NCBI GenBank assembly: GCA_014376655.1
Contig: JACMRC010000273.1
Location: 1 to 33,063, forward strand
Direction of reading: 5' to 3'
DNA length: 33,063 nucleotides
DNA from: Mucilaginibacter sp.
GTDB taxonomy: Bacteria > Bacteroidota > Bacteroidia > Sphingobacteriales > Sphingobacteriaceae
Under the pieces are notes generated by a model. The model was not told the DNA's origin, ran no database searches, and saw nothing but the letters and a program-made list of their open reading frames with translations. A program made the position numbers and the translations under genes. Numbering within the stretch: the first letter of the stretch is position 1; every line of letters starts with the position of its first letter. Positions 15,247-24,774 of the stretch are shown piece by piece.

Positions 15247-16652
15247 AGTCCTCTCCCATCCTCACCAAAGGAGAGGGGATAGTCGTCTTCTTCATCGCTA
15301 AAGCGTACCAGCTTTGTTAACTTTTTATCGTCGGGGTTGGTGGGCTTTTTGTCTTTATTGTTGCCTGAGTTAGGGGGGGTATGTGCTTTATTACCGTCCA
15401 AACCTGTGCCTGTCGAATTGGCTAAAAGTGCCTTTTCGGCTTCCAAACGGTCTTTTAGTTGCTTATCATAGTCCTTTGGCTTAGGCATTTCGTATTCTTC
15501 ATAAAAAAAATCGTGGTCGATGGGAAGTTTTAAGTCTATTGCCATTGATTTTTGAATTTCATAGGCATCTTTTTTTGATAGTTCCCTTTGGCTCTTTATG
15601 GTAAACTTGCCACCCTTGGTATCAAAACCCGCCGCTTTTAAAACCGAAACAAACCTGCTGTTCAGGTATTTTTTAACGTAGGTAATATCCGTAACGTGTT
15701 TTTGGTTATCCTGCTTGGCGTGCGTTTCCGCTTGTGCGTAACCGCTACTATTGCTACTTTCTGTGGTTTCAGTACTGCCCAGTAAAACCTTGGAAATTTC
15801 TTTGTTTAAGGTATCGTGGAAACTGCCCTGCAATTGTCCGTTGGCTGTACCTGTATTGTTTTTTATATCAATCTCGGTACCCTTTGGGTGCAATATTACA
15901 CCGCCACCGCCCATCTCATCAATGGCTTTGGCAAGTTTGTTCCGCTGGTCTTCATCAAAGCCGTCCCAAGTTGCATCCACAATGCCACGCCCAAATATTT
16001 CAATAAATTCTGCCCAGTCTGATAAGTTGCCTCTTTTGAGAATAGAATATTGCGCCGCAGAAAGCAATAAGCCCAAATCGTTGCTTTTGCCAAATTCCAT
16101 AATGGTTTTGGCGTAAATACCTTCACGAATATTTATCCCGGTTTCGCCCCATTGCTCTTTGGCAATTATTCCCTTTTCGGGACGGATGTGCTTACGTGGA
16201 ACTAGGTAAGTGCTAAATTCGTTTTTCCCATTGTGATTGATAAAGAAGGTTGGCTCTAAAATGGTATATCCCCACGCTTTGGTATCTATTATGGCATTAA
16301 CCAAGTCTTCAAAACCTATACACTCAATCAGATCATTGATTATTTCTACCGGGTTGCCCTTGTCATCAACAAATTGCCAATCTGCATTGGTTACGGCATC
16401 CGCCCTTTTGCTCCAAACTGAAATGATGTGCGCATCGGTTGTGGTAATATCCGCATATAGGTCGTACAAAGTTGTACGCCTTGGTATCAAAGCTTCAGCG
16501 GCTCTGTTGGCATTTCGCCAATTGGTTAAATCTTGCGATTGGCGATTTATTGGCCTTATGGTAATTTCGGTTACGACAATAGGTTGTTTAGTGCCATCGG
16601 CGGTAACGTCTGCCAATTGGTTAAACCCGATTTGGTTGTTTTTATAATCCAT
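15216..16652 (-). CDS. Portal protein (Mu gp29/DUF935-like)
   Basis: DAHIISVWSKR, DWAEFIEIFG, EISKVLLGST...SSGYAQAETH motifs; between terminase and MuF. Confidence 0.9.
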   Translation of the reverse strand: MDYKNNQIGFNQLADVTADGTKQPIVVTEITIRPINRQSQDLTNWRNANRAAEALIPRRTTLYDLYADITTTDAHIISVWSKRADAVTNADWQFVDDKGNPVEIINDLIECIGFEDLVNAIIDTKAWGYTILEPTFFINHNGKNEFSTYLVPRKHIRPEKGIIAKEQWGETGINIREGIYAKTIMEFGKSNDLGLLLSAAQYSILKRGNLSDWAEFIEIFGRGIVDATWDGFDEDQRNKLAKAIDEMGGGGVILHPKGTEIDIKNNTGTANGQLQGSFHDTLNKEISKVLLGSTETTESSNSSGYAQAETHAKQDNQKHVTDITYVKKYLNSRFVSVLKAAGFDTKGGKFTIKSQRELSKKDAYEIQKSMAIDLKLPIDHDFFYEEYEMPKPKDYDKQLKDRLEAEKALLANSTGTGLDGNKAHTPPNSGNNKDKKPTNPDDKKLTKLVRFSDEEDDYPLSFGEDGRGLWERMKSFFA

Positions 16653-16663
16653 TTAATGGCGGT

Positions 16664-17086
16664 TTAATAGTGATTGCCTCTTTTAATTCTGCTGGTAATT
16701 TTGAATTGCCCAATGGCACTTTCGGGCTGTATGGCTAATGGCCAATCTCGTGGCGTGGTTTTGCCAGCCTGTATTTTGCCCAATTCTTTAATGGCATCAT
16801 CATAGCGTTTTTCTGCCAGTGCCAAATCTATATTTGGGTTAACCAAATTGATAAAATGCCATTTGCCCAAATCCTTTATGAAAGTGATAAGCGATGTGTA
16901 CTTCACTTTATCATTGCCTGTAGCACTAAATATAGCAGGCAAATCAAAACGGCTCAGGTACGATTCTGCCTGTTGCTTTCCTGTTTCCAAGGCAACCAAT
17001 ATTTTTGCATCATCCGCCCTGCTAATCAAATCCATAATTTCGGGATGTATGTGCGTTGCAAATTCTTCTTTAGTTATAAATGCCAT
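16664..17086 (-). CDS. Head-tail adaptor (Mu gp36/DUF1320-like)
   Basis: AESYLSRFD...RYDDAIKELGKIQAG pattern; 140 aa. Confidence 0.8.
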   Translation of the reverse strand: MAFITKEEFATHIHPEIMDLISRADDAKILVALETGKQQAESYLSRFDLPAIFSATGNDKVKYTSLITFIKDLGKWHFINLVNPNIDLALAEKRYDDAIKELGKIQAGKTTPRDWPLAIQPESAIGQFKITSRIKRGNHY

Positions 17087-17089
17087 ATT

Positions 17090-18607
17090 TTAATATCGTT
17101 TACTACCTCTTTTACTGGTGTTGATTACTATGATGCTATCTAGGGTGTTGGTTATGCGGTGGTTTATGGTATATACACCACCTTCCACGGCATCGGGTGC
17201 GTCATCGTGCGCCCTAGAGTTTGGCGATAATGCCAAAAACTGCCCTTCGGTGTTATCCATATAAGGCGTGCTCTTTTCATCTTCGTTAAAAAACAAGCGT
17301 GGCGGTATGTCCTTTTCGTCACGGTTTAGCGGTTCAAGTGTAGATTCTATACGGTCGTACTTAAAGCCCTTTACCCGGTCATCCGCTTTGGGGTTAAGGG
17401 TAACGCCGTGCCTTAGATTAGCGGCCTTTAATTCTAACTGTAGCATTTCATCAATCCACGGCCACTCTATATAAAAATATACAGGTACCACGCCATTAAT
17501 ATATTTTAGAATTTCGTAATTCCAATCCAGCATTTGGGCGGTTGTGGTTTGGTCGCAAAACACCCGAATAACGTGGTATTCATCCTTCCATTTGCCAATC
17601 AACATCGTGGCTTTGTAATCCCCTTTTTTCTTATAGGATGGATCGGTATAGGCTACCAAGAATTTATATTCTTTAAGCGGTCGCATCTTTTTATAGTGCA
17701 ACTTTTTAAAGACTTTGCCAATGGTTAACGGATTGTTGAAATATTCTTTTTGTTGAGATGCATAACTGATTTTACTAAGGGCTCTATCAATCAACTCTTC
17801 AGTATTTTTATTTGGCCAAGTAGATTTACCGTCTTTATCCCGGATGTTTATCATTTCCGAGTAATCGGCCATTTTAATGGCAAGCTTAATGCAGCATACA
17901 TCCGCAATGATGTTTCCGCAGAATATAATAAGCATCGGGTTGGATATGGAACGTGTGGCATAAACGGCCTGCTCAAACCATTCCCATTTTTGTGTAATAA
18001 TGTCCGGGTTTCTACATTCAACATCGGTATCAAAATCGTCCATTAAAATAACATCCGGTCTTACCTCTTCATTTCTTGCACCACGGGGCGTTTGCCCAGC
18101 ACCAACGGCAACAAATGAACAGCCAGCAGCTATTATAAAAGAACCTTCGTTCCATTCGCCATAAGTTTGTTGTTTGCCAAAATCGTTAATAATACGCCTA
18201 TTGCGTTCAAAGTTGATTTTGTAAGGCTTCAACAACCTAATTGCGGCACTTTCACTATTGGAAATTAGAAGGGCGGATTTCTTCTTTTTGGTTAAAGCCA
18301 GCTTAGTAACTTCCATCATCGTCCGTGCCGATTTTGCCAGTTCCCTACTCCAGGCCCTTACCTCGTACCACTCGGGGTTTTTCATTACCCTTTGTGTTGC
18401 CTTAATATGAAAAGGCATTGGTGCTGCATAGTAGTAATTAGGAAAGTAATACGCAAACCACTCTTCATCATTACCCTCCAACCTAACCACCCGGGCCATA
18501 CGTTGCAGTTCGGTTTCGCCTAAATCTACGGTGGTTGCCTTTTCTAGCGATTTGGCAAAGTCGTCCCAATACTTGAGGGCTTTAAGTTCTTCAGCCTTTG
18601 TGCTCAT
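17090..18607 (-). CDS. terL: Terminase large subunit
   Basis: WSRELAKS deviant Walker A, RG...RPDVILMDDFD Walker B, YTDPS nuclease Asp and HDDAPDAVEG C-terminal motif. Confidence 0.92.
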   Translation of the reverse strand: MSTKAEELKALKYWDDFAKSLEKATTVDLGETELQRMARVVRLEGNDEEWFAYYFPNYYYAAPMPFHIKATQRVMKNPEWYEVRAWSRELAKSARTMMEVTKLALTKKKKSALLISNSESAAIRLLKPYKINFERNRRIINDFGKQQTYGEWNEGSFIIAAGCSFVAVGAGQTPRGARNEEVRPDVILMDDFDTDVECRNPDIITQKWEWFEQAVYATRSISNPMLIIFCGNIIADVCCIKLAIKMADYSEMINIRDKDGKSTWPNKNTEELIDRALSKISYASQQKEYFNNPLTIGKVFKKLHYKKMRPLKEYKFLVAYTDPSYKKKGDYKATMLIGKWKDEYHVIRVFCDQTTTAQMLDWNYEILKYINGVVPVYFYIEWPWIDEMLQLELKAANLRHGVTLNPKADDRVKGFKYDRIESTLEPLNRDEKDIPPRLFFNEDEKSTPYMDNTEGQFLALSPNSRAHDDAPDAVEGGVYTINHRITNTLDSIIVINTSKRGSKRY

Positions 18608-19086
18608 CGCAATTGAGATTTAATAAAAGCATCAACCCATTTAGATAAATCTTGTGCTATTTTCAAATCTGCCTGCCTAATAAAATTTAGCAAGGTCATA
18701 CAGGAATGTATCATTTCAGGAAGTGCGGCTTTGGTCTCCAGTTCTTTAATATCCTTTACCAGCTTGCGCCTAACGTCTCCCATTCTGGCATCGGCAAAAC
18801 GGGAACCTTCTGGTGCTTTCTTTATAAATGCATTAATTTCGGTTAGTTCATCATAAAGGTTAAGCATTTGCTCTTCACGTGTTAGCAGCAGGTTCTTTTT
18901 AAGCTTATCCCATTGCTCTCTTTCCTCGGCAACCCACTTCCCAATTGTTTTTTCAGAAATGCCCACACGTAAGGCTAGTTCCTTTTGAGTGGTAATGTTT
19001 TCTTTGGTATAAAGGATTTTAACGTGGTCTTTTCGGCTTTCGATTTCTTCTTTCGTAAGCTTCTTTTTAACTGGGTTTACTGCCAT
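18604..19086 (-). CDS. Terminase small subunit-like HTH protein
   Basis: TQKELALRVGISEKTIGKW HTH; directly upstream of TerL, overlapping its start. Confidence 0.75.
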   Translation of the reverse strand: MAVNPVKKKLTKEEIESRKDHVKILYTKENITTQKELALRVGISEKTIGKWVAEEREQWDKLKKNLLLTREEQMLNLYDELTEINAFIKKAPEGSRFADARMGDVRRKLVKDIKELETKAALPEMIHSCMTLLNFIRQADLKIAQDLSKWVDAFIKSQLR

Positions 19087-19276
19087 AACACTTCAAAAAT
19101 GCTACATATAAGAGGGGGTAAAAAATGCAGTTTTGATAAGCGGGCAATAGTTGTGGCTTATCCTAGCAATGAGGGTATAGATACAAAAACCCGATTTTTT
19201 TAGGGTGTTTTACTGCCTTACGTTTGGGCTATCAACAGCGGAAAAATACAATGAACCACAATGTTAATTAAACACA
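19087..19276. promoter_or_regulatory. Divergent late promoter region
   Basis: Only long gap between the divergent virion operons; TACGTTTG at 19219-19226 (+) and CATTTTTG at 19094-19101 (-). Confidence 0.55.
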
Positions 19277-20365
19277 ATGCCCAAAAGCACTAAGCGATTT
19301 ACCATTAGTGATGACCGCCTAAATAGCCACGGCTTTAGGATGCTTACCGATGGAGCGGACATTTCAGACTTTATAGCTAACCCTATAATGTATTGGATGC
19401 ACGTTTATCCGACTGGTGGCAAGCCTGACGAATTATTGCCGATTGGCTTTTGGGAAGACATTGAACAAAAGGACGGCAAAATTACAGCCGTACCCAATTT
19501 TGATGATGGCGATACCTTTGCAATGAAAATTTATGGCAAGGTAGAACACGGTACATTAAGAGCGTGCAGTGCTGGTGCAGAACCTAAACCCAATGGTTTA
19601 AGTGTAAACCCTGCCGATATGTTGCCCGGACAAACCCTGCCAACTTTCACAAGCTGGTGGTTGCGTGAAGCCAGTATTTGCGACCGTGGCTCTAACGCTG
19701 GTGCAGTTGCCCTGAGAGTAAATGGCAAAATGGTGCAGCTGTCCGATGACGCTTCCGAAGTAATCAATTCCTTATTAAAAAATCAAAAACTAGATATGAA
19801 GTTAACTCAATTAACCGCTGGCGGTTTAACTGCCATGCTTGCTGCTTTAAAGCTTAATGCCGAAACAGCAACCGAACAAGAAGTAACCGAAGAGGTGGGC
19901 AAACTGGTAACCCTAACCGCCAATCAGGCAAGTGCCATACATACGCTAACAACTGAAAAATCAGATTTGGAAGGTAAGGTAACCGAGGTACAAAACAAGT
20001 TGGATGCACAAGTGAAATTGAGCAATCAAACTAAAATTGAAACCTTGGTAAACGGTGCCGCCGATGCTAGGAAAATTACCAAAGAGGAAGCCCCTTTGTA
20101 CGTAACCTTAGCGCATAACCACAAAGATGGTTTTGATGCTGGCTTTAAGCAAGTAGAAGATTTGTTGGAAAAGAAAGTGGGTGTACCAAGTGTACAGGAT
20201 GCTTTAAAAAATGGTGGCGAATCTAAAGACGAATTATCGGGTTTGGTAAAACTAAGCTATGATGAGTTGTTTTCCAACGGTGGTTTAACCAAGCTGAAAG
20301 CATTATCGCCGATTCACTTCGAAGAGAAAATGGCGGAAAAGTTCCCTAATCGAAAAGCTAAGTAA
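19277..20365 (+). CDS. Prohead protease fused to scaffolding domain
   Basis: NSHGFR, NPIMYWMH, PIGFW, GTLRACSAG and LREASI protease motifs; coiled-coil C-terminal half. Confidence 0.85.
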   Translation: MPKSTKRFTISDDRLNSHGFRMLTDGADISDFIANPIMYWMHVYPTGGKPDELLPIGFWEDIEQKDGKITAVPNFDDGDTFAMKIYGKVEHGTLRACSAGAEPKPNGLSVNPADMLPGQTLPTFTSWWLREASICDRGSNAGAVALRVNGKMVQLSDDASEVINSLLKNQKLDMKLTQLTAGGLTAMLAALKLNAETATEQEVTEEVGKLVTLTANQASAIHTLTTEKSDLEGKVTEVQNKLDAQVKLSNQTKIETLVNGAADARKITKEEAPLYVTLAHNHKDGFDAGFKQVEDLLEKKVGVPSVQDALKNGGESKDELSGLVKLSYDELFSNGGLTKLKALSPIHFEEKMAEKFPNRKAK

Positions 20366-20433
20366 GTACATCATCAATCACGAATAAACAATAATTAAAT
20401 AAGTATTTAACAATCATTTAACAGTATAAAAAA

Positions 20434-21528
20434 ATGAAAAAATCAATTAGGGCATTTATTGCCTTTGCAGGATTCCTGCTAATGACCGCACCGGCTGTAA
20501 ATGCCATTGCCCCAAAAGTAGATTGCAACCCAGCCATTGTACAACTCGGTTTTGTAGTGGCGGCAGTGGCTATTACCCTATTATCTAAACCATCAGCATT
20601 AACAAACGTGTTTTGTGCTGGTGTAGAAAAAGAAGCTTGGGTAGATTATATCATCAAGCGGTTTTACAAGGATAATGCATTCTTGCAATACGTATTCAAA
20701 GAAAGTGATAAAGTATTATCAGGTAGGGTTGTTCACATTCCCAATCCCGGTGCTAAACCACAAACGGTAAAAAATAGATCTTCCTTCCCTGCCGTGGCTG
20801 TACGTAGGGCAGATACAGATATTACTTATGTATTAGATGAGTATTCTGTTGATCCAACACACGTTCATAATCTTGAAAAGGTTGAATTATCGTACGATAA
20901 ATTAGACGATGCGTATGGGGAACAATTAGAAGTAGTAACCGAAACTTCAGCAGATGATTTAATAGTTAAATGGGCTAGTACAACTGGTGCTGATAGTGCA
21001 ATAATACCTACAAGCGGTGCTAATGCTCCAGCAAGTGCGCCATCGGCAACGGGTACCAGAAAAGCTGCCAGTCATTTAGATATTAAAAAAATGCGTGTAC
21101 AATTTAACAAGTTAAATGTGCCTAAAGCAGACCGCTTCGCATTGATGACCGAAGATATGTATGATCAGATTTTTGATTCATTATCAACGGTTCAGCAAAA
21201 TGCATTCTTCAAAAATGCAGACATAGCAACTGGTGTGTTGGGCGTATTGTACGACTTCCAAATAATGTCGAGAAGTTCTGTAGCGGTGGCCACAGTTACT
21301 ACTAATGCCATTAAAGCTTTTGGTACGGCTGGTGTAACAACAGATAATGAAGTTTCAATATTTTGGCAAAAGAACTCCTTAACCTTTGCAATGGGTGAAG
21401 TTAAGGTGTTTGATGATACTGATAACCCACTTTATTATGGCGATATTATGTCTTGTGCTTTAAGAAGCGGTGGACGTGTAAGACGTGCAGACGGAAAAGG
21501 TGTTGGATTGCTAATACAAGCAGCCTAA
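20434..21528 (+). CDS. Major capsid protein with hydrophobic N-terminal extension
   Basis: Follows the protease; VHIP, NVPKADRFAL, GVLGVLYDFQIMSR and NPLYYGDIMS motifs typical of HK97-fold capsids. Confidence 0.85.
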   Translation: MKKSIRAFIAFAGFLLMTAPAVNAIAPKVDCNPAIVQLGFVVAAVAITLLSKPSALTNVFCAGVEKEAWVDYIIKRFYKDNAFLQYVFKESDKVLSGRVVHIPNPGAKPQTVKNRSSFPAVAVRRADTDITYVLDEYSVDPTHVHNLEKVELSYDKLDDAYGEQLEVVTETSADDLIVKWASTTGADSAIIPTSGANAPASAPSATGTRKAASHLDIKKMRVQFNKLNVPKADRFALMTEDMYDQIFDSLSTVQQNAFFKNADIATGVLGVLYDFQIMSRSSVAVATVTTNAIKAFGTAGVTTDNEVSIFWQKNSLTFAMGEVKVFDDTDNPLYYGDIMSCALRSGGRVRRADGKGVGLLIQAA

Positions 21529-21540
21529 ATATTCTATACC

Positions 21541-21564
21541 ACTCCCTAGTTTTGATTAGGGAGT
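21541..21564 (+). terminator. Hairpin after the capsid gene (terminator or stabiliser)
   Basis: ACTCCCTAGT-TTTG-ATTAGGGAGT stem-loop. Confidence 0.55.
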
Positions 21565-21580
21565 GGTTTATATCCTCAAA

Positions 21581-22093
21581 ATGAAAACATACTTTTTGAA
21601 ACTCTTAAGAACTTTCGATTACGATAGCAGCTTGGATTTAGCGCAAAGCTTGGTACCAAGTAGCAAATACCACCTTACCACTTTGAGTGTGTTTTTAAGC
21701 ATACTGGGTACGGGAGCCGATAAGTTATTTGGGTTAGATGGTTTAGCCTTTATGTCTTTGCTAATTGTTTTTGTAACGGAGTTGGTTAGCGGTATTACTG
21801 CAAGCAATATTCGGAAAGAGCCTTTTAGCAGTATGAAGTTAAGCAGGTTTAGTTTTAAGGTTGCCTATTATTTGGTTCTAATTTCTGTACCCTATTTAAT
21901 GGCCAACAGTTTTGCAGGGCATAAAAAAGAACTGGCCGCCGCTGTATTTGAATGGTTGCATACCTTTTTACTGATGCAGATAGTGTTGGAAAACATAGTA
22001 AGCATTCTTGAAAACTCAGCGGTTATAACCGGGAAAGACAAAACGCACATCATCACAAAAATTCAGGATAAAATAAACCAATTCTTAAGCTAA
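21581..22093 (+). CDS. Holin (phage holin 4-like)
   Basis: Likely ATG 21581; several TM segments; ELVSGITAS...FSSMK and ENIVSILEN motifs; upstream of the endolysin. Confidence 0.8.
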   Translation: MKTYFLKLLRTFDYDSSLDLAQSLVPSSKYHLTTLSVFLSILGTGADKLFGLDGLAFMSLLIVFVTELVSGITASNIRKEPFSSMKLSRFSFKVAYYLVLISVPYLMANSFAGHKKELAAAVFEWLHTFLLMQIVLENIVSILENSAVITGKDKTHIITKIQDKINQFLS

Positions 22094-22608
22094 TGAAAAC
22101 CATACTATTCATAATTGAAGCTGCCAAATTTTATATAGGCAGATTAGAGAAGAAAGGCAATTCGGGTTTTTTTGATGCTGGTTTCGAAGCTGAGTTAAAA
22201 GGTGCTGGCTGGTACTTTGGTGCGCCGTGGTGTGCATTCTTCGCCAATATGGCTTGGCGTAAACATCTGAAAAAGTACGATGCCCTTTTTGAGATTGCCA
22301 AAAAACTAGATAGTGGATCGGCGGTGCAAACCTTTAAAAATTACAAAGCTTCAGAATACTTTGAAACTGGCGACACGCCAAAATTAGGGGCGAAAGTAAT
22401 TTGGAGGTTGGGCGATGGTGCCAAGGGTCACGCTGGTATTGTGATAGCTATAGAAGGTAATACGATGACCACGGTTGAGGGCAATACCAATGCGCACGGA
22501 AGCCGTGAAGGCGATTGCGTTGCTTGCAAATACAGAACCATTGAACGCCCTTTTACTGCAACTGGACTGAACGTGGTAGGATACATTTATCCATTAGAAC
22601 TTTCCTGA
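22093..22608 (+). CDS. CHAP-domain endolysin
   Basis: PWCAFF catalytic Cys, GHAGIV His and TVEGNT motifs. Confidence 0.88.
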   Translation: MKTILFIIEAAKFYIGRLEKKGNSGFFDAGFEAELKGAGWYFGAPWCAFFANMAWRKHLKKYDALFEIAKKLDSGSAVQTFKNYKASEYFETGDTPKLGAKVIWRLGDGAKGHAGIVIAIEGNTMTTVEGNTNAHGSREGDCVACKYRTIERPFTATGLNVVGYIYPLELS

Positions 22609-22609
22609 T

Positions 22610-23206
22610 ATGGTACGATCAAAAACATTTAAGATAAAATTATTGGTGCTGATGTTTGCATTAACCATTGGGTTTTTCTGCTCATGTAGTATCAGAAAAA
22701 AACGCCTGACGGAAAACATACAGGTACAGAATCAAAGCACAACACAATCGCAATTTTCAAAAATAGATCTTACGGATTCTCAATCGCTTCAGCATTTTAA
22801 TTCATTAGCGGAAACGCAAACTTTCATTTATAGCGATACGCTGAGGGGAAGTCAAATAATGGATAGCGGAGCGGTGGTAATTGAAAGTAGCGGTATTAAG
22901 TTAAACGCCCATTTAATAGGTAATAGGCTTAATTATGTTATTACTGCCAAGCCTGTATCTAAAACTATATCAAACACTAAAAACAACATCAATACCACAG
23001 AAACGGTGGTATCTAAAAGTAAAACCCAAATAGCCGAAATAAAAAAGGCAAAGGCGCAGGCCACCATAAACCGGAACGAAAGGGAAACCACTAAAGTGTC
23101 TCCCTTTCCCGGATGGGTTCTTATGTTATTGTCCATCATCGCAGTTATTGCCCTGATGTTATTTTTTAAACCGATAATCAATTTTATAAAGTTATGGATC
23201 AAGTAA
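22610..23206 (+). CDS. Putative unimolecular spanin (lipoprotein with C-terminal TM)
   Basis: Signal peptide with lipobox-like FFCSC; C-terminal TM WVLMLLSIIAVIALMLFF; directly after the endolysin. Confidence 0.65.
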   Translation: MVRSKTFKIKLLVLMFALTIGFFCSCSIRKKRLTENIQVQNQSTTQSQFSKIDLTDSQSLQHFNSLAETQTFIYSDTLRGSQIMDSGAVVIESSGIKLNAHLIGNRLNYVITAKPVSKTISNTKNNINTTETVVSKSKTQIAEIKKAKAQATINRNERETTKVSPFPGWVLMLLSIIAVIALMLFFKPIINFIKLWIK

Positions 23207-23505
23207 TAATCACCTTACTAGCAGAATTATTTGCAACACACCCAGAAGTGGATAAATTTTATTTAACAAGCGATAACCAAGCTTTTATTCAGGATCATCA
23301 CGCTGAAGCTCACGCCCAAACCTTGGAAGATAAAAAGGTAAAACCTCACGCTAGAGAAGCGGTGCAGTTTAAAGCGGTAGATGCAGATGATACAGAAAAA
23401 GAAACTTTACAAGCCCGCTATTTTGAGTTGTACGGCAAAAAAGCCAATCATCTATTGGGCATTGAAAAATTGAAAGCTGCCATCGCAGAGAAAGAAGCAC
23501 AGTAA
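23194..23505 (+). CDS. Hypothetical virion-associated protein
   Basis: 103 aa; FYLTSDNQAF...AEAHA N-terminus and a short helical C-terminal domain. Confidence 0.7.
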   Translation: MDQVIITLLAELFATHPEVDKFYLTSDNQAFIQDHHAEAHAQTLEDKKVKPHAREAVQFKAVDADDTEKETLQARYFELYGKKANHLLGIEKLKAAIAEKEAQ

Positions 23506-23598
23506 ATACAGAAAACAAGAATTTAAAATACAATCCGCCCCGATAAGCGGGACGGATTGCATTAAACACGCATTAAACATTCATTAAATATCAAATAA

Positions 23599-24759
23599 AT
23601 GATACCAGGTGTAAGCATTATCACAGCCAATGGCAATATTGGCGGCGCAGTAAATACTCAAGACGGTATAACTGGCGCAATTGTAACGGGTACCGGAACG
23701 GGAACCGTTGCTTTATTGACACCGAAAAAGGTAGTCAGTTTAGTAGATGCGGAAACGCAAGGTTTCACGGCATCTGCCGAGCCTATTGCCAACCGATTGA
23801 TAAAAGAGTTTTACAGTATCCCCGGCACATTGGGTGTACCCTTATACTTAATGTTAGTTGCCGAAACAACTTTGGTAACCAGCCTTTGCGATAAGGACAA
23901 TGTTAACGGTGCAAAAAAACTGGTTGATTTTGCAGCTGGCAGTCTTCGGGTTTTGGCCATTGGTCGTAAACCGGGCGTAGCTTACACTCCAGTTGCGCCA
24001 GCTTTTATAGATTCGGATGTTACAGGTGCTGTGGCCAACGCCAAAGCGTTTGTTACAGACAGATTTGCAAAAATACAACCACTTAGGATTATCCTAGAAG
24101 CACGTATTCACGATGAAACTAATACAACTGTTTTCTTACCCAATACGGTAGCGGCCAACGGCGTTGCTTTTGCAATTGGCGGTACGCTTAATGATAAATC
24201 AGCCTCTTTAGGTTTAATTTTGGGTAAGATAGCAGCCGTACCAGTACACCGTAATATTGGCCGTGTTAAAGATGGTGCATTGCCTGTAGATGCAATGTTT
24301 ATAGGCACAAAGAAAGTGGAAGCTTTTGCAGCCTTAAATACTCTCATTGATGCGGGTTACATCACTTTTACCAATTACCCACAAAAGGCAGGTTACTATA
24401 TTTCTGATGATCCGATGGCTACGGCTGCAACGGATGATTATCGTTTTTTAACCAATTGCCGTGTAATTGACAAAGCGAGTATTATAGCCTACCAAACCTA
24501 CATCGAAGAATTAAAAGATGATGTGGACTTGGATGCTACGGGTAAGATTGCCGCTATCATACTTTCACACTTAGAATCTGTTATCGAAAACAATATTTCG
24601 CTGGCAATGAGTGAGAGCATAAGCGGTAAGCCGAGAGCCTACATTGACCCTGCGCAAAATTTGGCAACGGGAAGTAACTTAAAAGTTAAGTTAAGAATTA
24701 CGCCTAAAGGATACCTTAAAAGCATTGAGGTTGAAATTGGCTTTGGTATCACTAATTAA
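23599..24759 (+). CDS. Tail sheath protein (DUF2586-like)
   Basis: 386 aa; RNIGRVKDGAL, GYITF..Y....GYYISDDP and RVIDKA motifs; followed by a tube-sized gene. Confidence 0.85.
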   Translation: MIPGVSIITANGNIGGAVNTQDGITGAIVTGTGTGTVALLTPKKVVSLVDAETQGFTASAEPIANRLIKEFYSIPGTLGVPLYLMLVAETTLVTSLCDKDNVNGAKKLVDFAAGSLRVLAIGRKPGVAYTPVAPAFIDSDVTGAVANAKAFVTDRFAKIQPLRIILEARIHDETNTTVFLPNTVAANGVAFAIGGTLNDKSASLGLILGKIAAVPVHRNIGRVKDGALPVDAMFIGTKKVEAFAALNTLIDAGYITFTNYPQKAGYYISDDPMATAATDDYRFLTNCRVIDKASIIAYQTYIEELKDDVDLDATGKIAAIILSHLESVIENNISLAMSESISGKPRAYIDPAQNLATGSNLKVKLRITPKGYLKSIEVEIGFGITN

Positions 24760-24774
24760 TAGGAGGAAAATAAA

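Noticed and set aside
13380-18046. Many + strand ORFs (60-148 aa) opposite the head/packaging genes
   Set aside because: Antisense shadows of well-supported genes, with no motifs or start signals.
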